Shown here: in pieces, positions 10,799-19,683 of the stretch
Layout of the letters: each line of letters starts with the position of its first letter
Position numbering within the stretch: the first letter of the stretch is position 1
NCBI GenBank assembly: GCA_963722075.1
Contig: CAVRJM010000001.1
Location: forward strand, 1,056,001-1,120,000
Length of the DNA: 64,000 bases
Reading direction: 5' to 3'
From: Candidatus Babeliales bacterium
GTDB taxonomy: Bacteria; Babelota; Babeliae; Babelales; JANWKD01
Translations under genes and position numbers: made by a program
The notes under the pieces: generated by a model
The model's input: only the letters and a program-made list of their open reading frames with translations
The model's database searches: none
Told to the model about the DNA's origin: nothing

Positions 10799-10875
10799 AA
10801 AAAAACCGTTCTCTTTGGATATATATCAATGTCACAAAGAGAACGGAATTATTCTTAATAATCTTGATAGAATCT
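10799..10875 (-). terminator. Conserved hairpin/terminator element, copy 2
   Basis: ccgttctctttg...caaagagaacgg followed by a T-run on the minus strand; homologous to 11862-11931. Confidence 0.7.
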
Positions 10876-10876
10876 C

Positions 10877-11136
10877 TTATTCTTCATGTTTCATTAGTAA
10901 TTGAGTAAATGCAGTCGAAAATGCTATTCCATACATAACCTGTTGGCCTGGTGATAGAATAATACCAGAATTAGTTATAATCCATATCCCACCAACAAAC
11001 AAAAAAGCCCCAATAATCATGAATGCCTGTCTGTTTTTGTATATAAAATCAACAGCCACTTTATTTGTTTTTTGCCAACGCTATCAAAAGTTGCGTTTAA
11101 AAAATAACTATAAGAAACAAAGTCAAAATCTATCAT
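10877..11136 (-). pseudogene. Disrupted MIDFD-family small membrane gene directly downstream of the orphan toxin tip
   Basis: RBS aaggtga + ATG 11136 (MIDFDFVSYSYF*); hydrophobic continuation in ORF 10877-11059. Confidence 0.5.
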
Positions 11137-11148
11137 GTTCACCTTATA

Positions 11149-11220
11149 TTATGGAAGAAATGGTATAGCAAGGCCTGCAGCAAATGCACCCATTGAAGCA
11201 GTTTCTACAGCGGTTATCAC
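11149..11220 (-). pseudogene. Orphan C-terminal tip of a Gly/Ala-zipper toxin precursor
   Basis: Translates VITAVETASMGAFAAGLAIPFLP*; aligns with the C-terminus MIGMVETISLGAAALGMMLPLP* of 11980-12714. Confidence 0.75.
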
Positions 11221-11225
11221 TTCTA

Positions 11226-11426
11226 CTAAAACCAATCTTTTCCTTCTGTTATATATTCCAAAAAAGATGTGATAAAGAGACCTGCAATTGGAATTAATAT
11301 CATACAAAAAATATTAAAATAAGTAGTAGCGCCATTCCACCATACTACCAACAGACCTATAGGTAATAGTGGAAAAGCATGCATATATTGTCAAAATCTA
11401 GTTTTTAGATAATACCAATAGTTCAT
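11226..11426 (-). pseudogene. M(K/N)Y-family small membrane gene with an internal TGA at codon 12
   Basis: MNYWYYLKTRF*QYMHAFPLLPIGLLVVWWNGATTYFNIFCMILIPIAGLFITSFLEYITEGKDWF; homologous to 9940-10146. Confidence 0.65.
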
Positions 11427-11543
11427 AATTATTTCTTTTTACAAAAATGGAATCGTCATCCCTTTTAGGTATCAATGCTATAATTATACCCAAAAGGCTT
11501 ACATTTCCACAGGACTGAGATTGCATATCTTGATTAGCGGCTC

Positions 11544-11807
11544 TTATGCCTTTGAAGAACAACAATGTTCTTTATTTTTTTGATTATGCATCCAAAACCC
11601 AATTCCCGTGCAAACGGGTATAGTAATAAGCATAGCCTCTTGCTGTGTTAACATACCTGTATAATATGCAAAGCTATTGATAGCCCCACCAAATATTGCT
11701 GAAAAAAGGATATAAATCCACTGTTTTTTTGGTAATAAGGGTAGTATCGCATGTATCAAGAAACCACCCATTACAACACCAAAGAACACCTTAAAATTGA
11801 AATCCAT
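11544..11807 (-). CDS. Small 3-TM protein, MDFxFK family (putative immunity)
   Basis: MDFNFKVFF start at 11807; paralogue of 9937 and 6600. Confidence 0.7.
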   Translation of the reverse strand: MDFNFKVFFGVVMGGFLIHAILPLLPKKQWIYILFSAIFGGAINSFAYYTGMLTQQEAMLITIPVCTGIGFWMHNQKNKEHCCSSKA

Positions 11808-11861
11808 AATTAAAACCCTTGCCATTACATTTATCGAAATTTCAGGATAAATTTTTACAGT

Positions 11862-11931
11862 AAAAAAGCCGCTCTCTCTGGATATATTTGCAAAGAGAGC
11901 GCAATTATTTTTAATAAGCTTTGATAGAATT
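11862..11931 (-). terminator. Conserved hairpin/terminator element, copy 1
   Basis: cgctctctctg...caaagagagcg with a T-run on the minus strand; flank ttgatagaat shared with copy 2. Confidence 0.65.
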
Positions 11932-11979
11932 TTATTTTTTATATTTTACAAATCAAAATCTATCATTATCAACTTTCTT

Positions 11980-12714
11980 TTAGGGAAGTGGCAACATCAT
12001 ACCAAGTGCAGCTGCACCAAGAGATATTGTTTCTACCATTCCTATCATGGTTGCAAAACAACCTCCACTAGCAACCATTGCAGATCCAGTTACAGCTGTT
12101 GCTGCTGCAACACCAGTAGCAGTTGCAGTTAACCCTCCAACAACAGCACCAGCCCCTACGGTTGCCGCAACCGCTCCTGCTGTTGTTGTTGCAATAGCTG
12201 TTCCTACTGCAGTACCTGCAGCACCAATTGCTGCTCCGGTTGCTGTTGCCCCAACACTTCCCGCAATAGCCAGACCTCCGGCAACAGCTACTGGTGTTGC
12301 AGCAGCTACGCTAGCAGTAACAGCTGCTGCTGCAGTTCCGTAACATAAGGTTTTAGCAATCCAATAGAATGCTGCCGCTGTACCAGGCCCACCGCCTAAG
12401 CCACGAACATGAGCCTTAAGCGAAAATTCACCATTATCAAATTGCTTTACTCCAATATAGCCAACTTTTTGAAATTTTTTAAGCGTTTTTTTATTGGCAT
12501 TCCGCAATAGTGGGTCTACATCGAATTGATTGACGTCATGTATTTCTCCATTTTGCTTAATATGGAATCCTGATTCATCATGGAACAGTTTTATTTTACC
12601 AAAACGCTCAGGTGCTTGAATTGATGCTTGTTTAATTTTAAAGACCGACATTCTTTCTTCCATAGCACTTAATGAAGACATTATTAATAAACTTAATACA
12701 CATAGTTTTTTCAT
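11980..12714 (-). CDS. Secreted precursor: signal peptide + ~85-aa prodomain + VRGLGGG + Ala/Gly/Val/Thr zipper (bacteriocin/pore-toxin-like)
   Basis: MKKLCVLSLLIMSSLSAME; the ~135 aa after GGG are almost charge-free. Confidence 0.75.
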   Translation of the reverse strand: MKKLCVLSLLIMSSLSAMEERMSVFKIKQASIQAPERFGKIKLFHDESGFHIKQNGEIHDVNQFDVDPLLRNANKKTLKKFQKVGYIGVKQFDNGEFSLKAHVRGLGGGPGTAAAFYWIAKTLCYGTAAAAVTASVAAATPVAVAGGLAIAGSVGATATGAAIGAAGTAVGTAIATTTAGAVAATVGAGAVVGGLTATATGVAAATAVTGSAMVASGGCFATMIGMVETISLGAAALGMMLPLP

Positions 12715-12757
12715 AGTAAACACTTTCAAAAATTTTCTAAATATTAAAAATTACAAA

Positions 12758-13369
12758 TTAAAGAGCCCAACCAATTGCAGCCATTGCGGTTGCTGCCGTT
12801 TCAACCAATCCTGCAGCATTCAGATAGTGAGCGGTAGCGACTACTCCTTGGCCTGCTGCTGCTCCTGCTACCGTGCCCGTGGCAACTGCTGCGCCAGCTG
12901 AAACAACCCCTGTTGTAGCTACCACACCGCCTACTGCTGCCCCGGCAACGCCACCGGTTGCCACTACTACCGTGGCCGCGCCAACCGCAGCTACGCCATA
13001 ACATAACGTTTTGGTACCCCAATAAAGAAAGGACGCAAGTCCTTGCCCACCACCGTGCGCACGTACCCCTACATTAAGCGAAAATTGACCTTCGTCAGTT
13101 TGATTTACTCGAATGTAACCAACTTTTTGCAATTTTTTTAATGTTTTTTTATGCGCAGTACGCAAAATTGGGTCCACCAGATAATTATTCACCATATGCT
13201 TGTTGCCATTTTGCATAACACAAAAATTGTTGCCGTCATGGAAAAGCCGAACAGCTTCTAATTGACCGGCTGTTTGAATAGCTGATTGTTTGAGTTCAAA
13301 AAAAGATGGTGATTGCATTCCTTTAAGGGGAACGAACAATAAAAAAGGTACTAGATACAATTTATTCAT
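12758..13369 (-). CDS. Paralogous secreted precursor with VRAHGGG junction + Ala/Gly/Val zipper
   Basis: Shares LFHD, VDP.LR.A.KKTLKK.QKVGYI.V.Q...G.FSL and YW..KTLCYG with its neighbour. Confidence 0.75.
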   Translation of the reverse strand: MNKLYLVPFLLFVPLKGMQSPSFFELKQSAIQTAGQLEAVRLFHDGNNFCVMQNGNKHMVNNYLVDPILRTAHKKTLKKLQKVGYIRVNQTDEGQFSLNVGVRAHGGGQGLASFLYWGTKTLCYGVAAVGAATVVVATGGVAGAAVGGVVATTGVVSAGAAVATGTVAGAAAGQGVVATAHYLNAAGLVETAATAMAAIGWAL

Positions 13370-13719
13370 AAAAATCTCATGTAAAAATAAAATATACAAA
13401 ACAAATAAGTTGGTATTGGTTATATTTATTAGTACGCTGTCATCATGAATCCTTTCCGTTTATGAGGTTTATACAGTCCAAATAAAATCCATTGCGGATT
13501 GGATTCACTATGCTTGAAAACAAACATATTTTTTATAAAAAAATTATAAAATAGAAAGCGGCATCATAAAAAAATGCGGATTTAAGCCACTTTTATATAA
13601 AGTTGATATGATTTTTAGAAAAAATTTATTTGGGCAACATGTTAAATTCTATTAAATTTTTTAACATCATTTATAAAATTTATACTCAAAGATTACCCGA
13701 TATTCGATTTAAAAAAGCC

Positions 13720-13807
13720 GTCGTTGCGAGTTTACGAAGCAATCCAGTTGTAAAATATAAAGATTTTGTATTTATTAACTGGATCCCTACGCTTCGCTCT
13801 GGATGAC
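13720..13807. repeat. Full type-A RPE/REP-like element
   Basis: gtcgttgcgag..gaagcaatccag [AT spacer] ctggatccctacgcttcgctctggatgac. Confidence 0.8.
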
Positions 13808-13879
13808 ATTTGAATTATAATCTGAGAAATCAAAATAAAATCGAATTCATGTTAAATAAAACAAAATTCACCACATGGC

Positions 13880-16545
13880 CTAATTAATCAGATTGAATTG
13901 TTTTAAGCGTTTATAAATCGTAGAACGATTAACGTCTAAGAACTCTGCAATTTTTGCTTGGGTGGTTAATTTTTTAAGTAACATCTCTAATATTTTTGGC
14001 TCCTTTAATGCTTTTTTACCAAGCGTATACGCTTTTGCAAGCTCGGGATCTCCAATAGTATATGAGCTATTGAGATGAATGGTCTCTTTAATACGGTTCT
14101 TTTGATCCATATCTTTTTTGAGAACACCTTCAATTTGTTTTTTTAACTGTTTAATACTCAATGATCGATGAGCAATTAAGCTTGCTTTTTCACGCTTATT
14201 TATTTCAACTAACGTTGTATGGGGTAATACCAATTGACTTACAATAGTTTCTATTAATTCGTTATATTCACGATCTGTTAAATCATTCAATGATGGCATA
14301 ATTATTGATGCTTGCTTTAATTCATCAAAGAGATTTTTTGAAAATCTATGTTCACGTACAAGCATTGAAAGCTCTTGCCCCGTTGAACACATAATACGCA
14401 CAGAGCTTGTTACTTTTTGATCGCTTTTATAAGGGTGATAGTATCCATATTTAATATATTCAGCCAACATTTCTTGCAATTCTAGGGGTAAGAACTGAAT
14501 ATCTGCTATACACAGTGTTCCTATATTATGAAGGCTTTCCAGCAACGGCTTTTGAGAAGATACGTTATCTGATTCATACAGTTTATTAATACCAAATAAC
14601 GTTTTTGCTACCGTATAGAGATCAGTTTCTTTTTTTAATGTTAAAATGCGCAACTGTTCACGCAAACTAATGGTATGCAAAATATGAACTATATCTTCCC
14701 TATCATCATCTGCTACATCGATTAAGAGTGCTTTTTTACTTAACGCAAGCTTAAGTAAATTAATTTTAAAGGCTAACAATGTATCATTGATTGTTGGAAT
14801 AATTTTATTAATTAATTGTCCCGCTTTAGTGGTTTCTAGATATAACATAAAATCCATTTGGGTAGGTTTGTGTATACGTAATTGTGCCTGTTTAATAATA
14901 TCAAAAATAGTTGCATACGATATAACAAGTAACACATTATTCTTATCTAAAAAGGGAATAGCATATGCACTCAGCTTAATGCCCTGTTCATCATAAAAAT
15001 AATGCATCTGAGCAGTTTTATATTGAAAAACATTTGTTGCTAGTGCCTCAAGTTCTTGCGTTACTGAATGCCGTTTATGTTCATTAAGATCGATTGTAAT
15101 GATATCTTTGGCATCTTGATTTAAATATACAAACACACGATACGAGGTGTATGAAATGACACCAATTTTTTTTGCCTTATTTGAATAGAGAAAAGCATCT
15201 AATGATTCTCGATATTGATTAATTTCTTGGTGTTTTGCAAACAATTCTTCTTGCAGCTTCTTTTCCCGTGCAATTACGGTAGTTAGTTGATGGTTTTGCA
15301 AGATATTAATAACGTTCTCTACGCTGGTTGCATATAACACCATTTCATCACATTCAATATCACTGTAGAGCTGTTTTCCACGCGCATCTCTTTTAATAAT
15401 GATAGCCGCTATCAATGAATTATTTTTAAAAATAGGAATAAGTACATCGGCATCTAGATTATTTAAAAATGAAATTATTGCATCATTGAGATGTGTTTGA
15501 TTATGTATATTGTCAAAAACATTTCATCATAAATGGCAATGCGCTGTTCGTGCATATAAGTATACAATAATTCGTTCTGAACAAATTCCCGTTCTATAAT
15601 TTGTTCGCTTTTGCTTAATTGATAGCTGTTTTTTTCTTCTTCAATATTTCTTATTTGGGTGCTTTTCCTCAATAAGAATTCTACAAAATGAGGCTCAATT
15701 AAAAAAATATCCTTAAAAGCCAGTTGGATAACTGGTTCCAGTTGTTGAATATGAGTAACCGTTCCTAATTTTGCAATTGATTGCCTGAATTTTTTAAAAA
15801 AGGGAAAAGTATGAGGGTCTTTAACTTGATTTTGAAAATTAAGAAAGCGAAGGCGCATTACCTTAAAGGCGCAATAGTATATAGATACTGCATAAATTAA
15901 AGAATGGACGCCCGTAATTATATAGCTCGTCCTGCTATAAATTATAATATGAATAACCTCCGAAATACCCAGTAAGATAAGCGGATAAACTATATAATTC
16001 AATATAGTTATTAATTGTAATTTTAAAATTTTGGGGTAATCAGGGTGTCGTATTTTTTTCAAAACAAAAAAAGCACTAAATAATAAAAGTAAAAAAATAA
16101 AGTTTGCTATTATAAGAAATAAATCACCATACCAATATTTTTCTGAAAATTTAAAATGAAAAAAACCAATGAATAAAAAGTATCCGCTATAGAAAACAGT
16201 AAATGGAAAAAGTATCTTTTGATGAATTGGTAAAGCATAATTACGGATTGTTAAACTTTCTATAAATATTGCAAGAAATTGATATTGCAATAGACAAAAC
16301 ACCCAGGCAATACAACAAAAAAAATAAATTATACGTAAGTTTATACATGAGTAAAACAAGTTATTTATTTGATAAAGCAACCAGGAGACATCGGTAAAAA
16401 CATTGCCAACTAAAGCCCCAATGAGAAGTAAAATTCTTTTAGCATCTTTGTTCTTATTAAAGAGAGCGGTTATAAGAAATGAAAGCAATATTAGTTTTGC
16501 GCTAAAGGCCGTAAGAATAATAAAAAAAATCAAATAGTTGATCAT
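13880..16545 (-). pseudogene. Multi-TM sensor-GAF/PAS-like-degenerate bEBP AAA+-Fis HTH regulator, split by one frameshift at A5 run 15515-15519 (real lesion or assembly error)
   Basis: Adding one base joins IYDEMF to DNIHNQTHLNDAIISFLNNLDADVLIPIF, matching the paralogue's IYDEIEF...ADIFLPIY; C-terminal HTH TQAKIAEFLDVNRSTIYKRL. Confidence 0.8.
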
Positions 16546-16664
16546 TGAAAAGTCAGTTTATGTTAAGTTATTCTCCTTTCAATTATATCCTATATTTATA
16601 AAATTTTAAAAAATAGTAACATACTGTTGCTTATTCATTTAACTGAAAATTAATTTATGAATTA

Positions 16665-16695
16665 AAAAAGCCCGTCTATAAAAAACGAGCTTTTT
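16665..16695 (-). terminator. Putative terminator after the peptide gene
   Basis: aaaaagcccgt-ctataaaaa-acgagcttttt imperfect hairpin flanked by A and T runs. Confidence 0.5.
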
Positions 16696-16717
16696 ATATT
16701 TATTGCTATTCAATCGC

Positions 16718-16837
16718 TTATTTAACAATAGTCGTTAACAATAAGCTATAACCACCTGTTGGAGGCCCATCAAAAGACATTACAGTAATCAACGCAAATA
16801 AAAAAACAAAATTCACTATATTAATTTTTTTTATCAT
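16718..16837 (-). CDS. Unannotated 39-aa peptide, candidate secreted signalling peptide
   Basis: gaaggt RBS; MIKKINIVNFVFLFALITVMSFDGPPTGGYSLLLTTIVK*; downstream hairpin. Confidence 0.65.
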   Translation of the reverse strand: MIKKINIVNFVFLFALITVMSFDGPPTGGYSLLLTTIVK

Positions 16838-16925
16838 AGTATACCTTCAAATAAAATGTTATAAATATTTAGTTTTAAAGGTAGTATAAGGTCTTCATTT
16901 CTTAACATCAAGAATTGGGTCAAAA

Positions 16926-19625
16926 ATGGTTTTTGATTTTCTACATTCTTTATCCCAAAGCATAATTCTTCTACTCATTATAGAAACCCTATCGTGTTTT
17001 TCTAAAATTTATCTTCTATTTTTTCTTTTTAACGCATTAAAATCTACCAAAATAAAGATGCAGTTATTGCTCTTATTAACTGTCTTAACTTGTAGTACTA
17101 TCGTTGATTTCTCCTGGATAATTTATATTTTATCTCAATGGTTCTCATTTATTGATGTACGTCCTGTTTTTTTTATTGTACGACTAGCTTGGGTTGCTAA
17201 TTATATTTTATTTTTAACACTCGGCTTTTTTGTTGAGAGCCTTATTCAAAAAGATTTTAAGCTTAAAATTAGACAAAAATTGTTTATTTTATTTAGTTCT
17301 CCCTGGATACTCTATTTTGTTTACGTTGCTTTCTTTCAATACAACTTTACACAAGTTGCTGATAGAGAAGTAGAACTAATTATTATGCATACTTCTATTA
17401 TTTTCCTATATTTTATTCTAGTTATCCCTTCCGTTTATGTAGTAATAAGAGAACTGCACCGGCAACATTTTCCCAAAATTTTAAAAAAACAATTAATAAT
17501 TCTTAACAAATTTTTTATTGCTCCCTATTTATTTACTCAGATAATGGATATTCTTTCTGTTTATTACATGCAACCATATATTATTATCGGTATTTCAAAT
17601 GCTTTTATAGCAGCCGGTGTTTATTTTTCCATTACTAGAATCATGAAGCTGCGCTTTTTAAATTTTGAAACTAAGGTGCAGCCGCCAGAAAATATCGAAT
17701 TTATTGATAATTTTAAAACTTTTTTATCAACAATCACTAATACCAAAAGCTTGGCGGAAGTTACCCTACTGGTGAAAAATTTCTTTCAAGAAACATTTCA
17801 TATTAATACTAATCGCGTCACTATCTGCTATAGAAATAGTGCATTTTATTTACCGCAATCAGTAACGTATGATCCGCCGGTATTAAGCACCTGCGAAATT
17901 GCTTTTGAAAAGTTAGTAAATAACCCGGTAAAACATGAACAGCTCTTAACTATTATGAAGCAGCAACAGATTTTAATTTATGATGAAATTGAATTTAGTA
18001 ATTTCTATAAAGAAGAGACTATTCATCAGGAAATACTCTCTTTCATGAAAGAAATGAAGGCAGATATTTTTTTACCTATTTATGAACACCATAATTTAAT
18101 TGCTTTTCTTATCATTAATAATAAAAAAGAACACAATGAGCTATTTAATAATTTAGAATATTCGCAAATGGTTATCGTAGGTAAATATCTTGGGCATATT
18201 ATTACGATGCTCCAATTAAGTAACTATCGCGGGTTAATTGCGCAAAATAAGCTCCTTCAAGAACAATTATATGAAGCACATCGCGAAAATAATAACTATA
18301 AAGAAACAATTCAACTGTTTTTAAAAGATATGCACAATAGGCACATTGGCGTTATCACCTATGATAGTACTCGCTTTGCTTTTATTAATCAGAGTGCCAA
18401 AGAACTTATTGGTATTAATCCCAATATGCATAGTAATCATCCCATAAGTAAACAATTAAAACAGCTGGTTGCCATAACACAAGAATATGAATCAAGCCAA
18501 ACTATAACAATCGATACCGCAGCGGGAAAAAAATTGGTAGCATCAGCATTACTCCATAGTGATAAAAAAAGTATCATCATTATTATTTGTCATGCTGAAA
18601 TTGCAGAACAATTTAAACAAGAAGTAGCCAAATTAGGTAATCCTGCCACCTGGGAATATCTATTATATTTACAAACAACTGAATCTGGGAAGCTGATTAA
18701 TAAATTAATTCCAGGTAACAGTAAGAACCTACTCAATTTTAAGATTGATTTATTAAAAGCTGCCTTAAGTAAGCGGCCTATAGTACTTGATATTCCTGAA
18801 GATGATTTGGAAGGAATTATAGAAATTTTACATCATTCAAGTCTACGCGATCATTTGTATAAATTAACCATGAGCTCTCCTGAAAAAAATAATAGCATAG
18901 CCATAAAATTATGTGGCGTTAATCCGCTTTTTGGATCCGCTGAACAATCATTATTGGAACAATTAAATGGATCAGGCACACTGTTTATTCAAAATATTCA
19001 CTTGCTTGAATTAAGCACCCAAGATGCACTAGCAGAGTTTATCAGATATGGCTATTATACAGTTCAAAAAAGTAATAAAAAGCTTTTTGCTGATGTACGT
19101 CTTATCTTTTCAACCACCCAGAATTTACATCAATTAGTACATGAGGGAGCATTTAGCAAAATACTTTATCAAGAGTTAGAAAAAAATATTTTGACTATGC
19201 CTTCATTATTTCAACTATCTGATGATGAATTGCATGAACTGGTTAAAGATTTTATCAAACAAGAAAATCTTGCCAATGAAATTGAATTTACTAAAAAAGA
19301 TAAAGAGCGCTTAATAGAAATTCGTTCATTGAGTATTGCCAATTTAAAAAAGAAAATTAGAAACGTAATCATTGAAAAATCTAAAAAGCATGATGTTTAT
19401 TACCCCGCTCACAATGATGATAGCGATCTTATTGAAGCAAATTTACTGGGGAAAAATCTATTACGCGATAAAGAGAAATTTATAAAATTGATGCAAAAAT
19501 TTGATTACAATCAAAAAAAGGTAGCTGCCTTTTTAGGCGTTAATCATTCTTCAGTCAGTCGCCGCATTAAAGCGTATAATCTTGAAATAGGTACTAGTAA
19601 TAATTCTACAAGTGAAGTTAACTAA
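16926..19625 (+). CDS. Intact multi-TM sensor-degenerate bEBP AAA+-Fis HTH one-component regulator
   Basis: About 7 N-terminal TMs; GTLFIQNI...LSTQDALAEFI...DVRLIFST.QNL...G.F; HTH NQKKVAAFLGVNHSSVSRRIK. Confidence 0.85.
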   Translation: MVFDFLHSLSQSIILLLIIETLSCFSKIYLLFFLFNALKSTKIKMQLLLLLTVLTCSTIVDFSWIIYILSQWFSFIDVRPVFFIVRLAWVANYILFLTLGFFVESLIQKDFKLKIRQKLFILFSSPWILYFVYVAFFQYNFTQVADREVELIIMHTSIIFLYFILVIPSVYVVIRELHRQHFPKILKKQLIILNKFFIAPYLFTQIMDILSVYYMQPYIIIGISNAFIAAGVYFSITRIMKLRFLNFETKVQPPENIEFIDNFKTFLSTITNTKSLAEVTLLVKNFFQETFHINTNRVTICYRNSAFYLPQSVTYDPPVLSTCEIAFEKLVNNPVKHEQLLTIMKQQQILIYDEIEFSNFYKEETIHQEILSFMKEMKADIFLPIYEHHNLIAFLIINNKKEHNELFNNLEYSQMVIVGKYLGHIITMLQLSNYRGLIAQNKLLQEQLYEAHRENNNYKETIQLFLKDMHNRHIGVITYDSTRFAFINQSAKELIGINPNMHSNHPISKQLKQLVAITQEYESSQTITIDTAAGKKLVASALLHSDKKSIIIIICHAEIAEQFKQEVAKLGNPATWEYLLYLQTTESGKLINKLIPGNSKNLLNFKIDLLKAALSKRPIVLDIPEDDLEGIIEILHHSSLRDHLYKLTMSSPEKNNSIAIKLCGVNPLFGSAEQSLLEQLNGSGTLFIQNIHLLELSTQDALAEFIRYGYYTVQKSNKKLFADVRLIFSTTQNLHQLVHEGAFSKILYQELEKNILTMPSLFQLSDDELHELVKDFIKQENLANEIEFTKKDKERLIEIRSLSIANLKKKIRNVIIEKSKKHDVYYPAHNDDSDLIEANLLGKNLLRDKEKFIKLMQKFDYNQKKVAAFLGVNHSSVSRRIKAYNLEIGTSNNSTSEVN

Positions 19626-19683
19626 CTAAATTATTGATTTGACTTCAATTCAATGGCTATGGTGTATAAAAAAGGAGAGCGCT

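Noticed and set aside
12047..12343. Ala/Pro/Val-rich ORF on the + strand (and 12801-13022 on the - strand)
   Set aside because: Shadow frames of the GCN-rich zipper genes; no RBS or independent signal.
13429..13460. Strong RBS + MMTAY* mini-ORF upstream of the precursors
   Set aside because: Only 5 codons; cannot be told apart from chance or a decayed gene.
13400..13720. Sigma54 -24/-12 promoter upstream of the toxin genes
   Set aside because: The best candidate, TGGCTTAAATCCGC, has the wrong GG-GC spacing, and the regulators lack GAFTGA.
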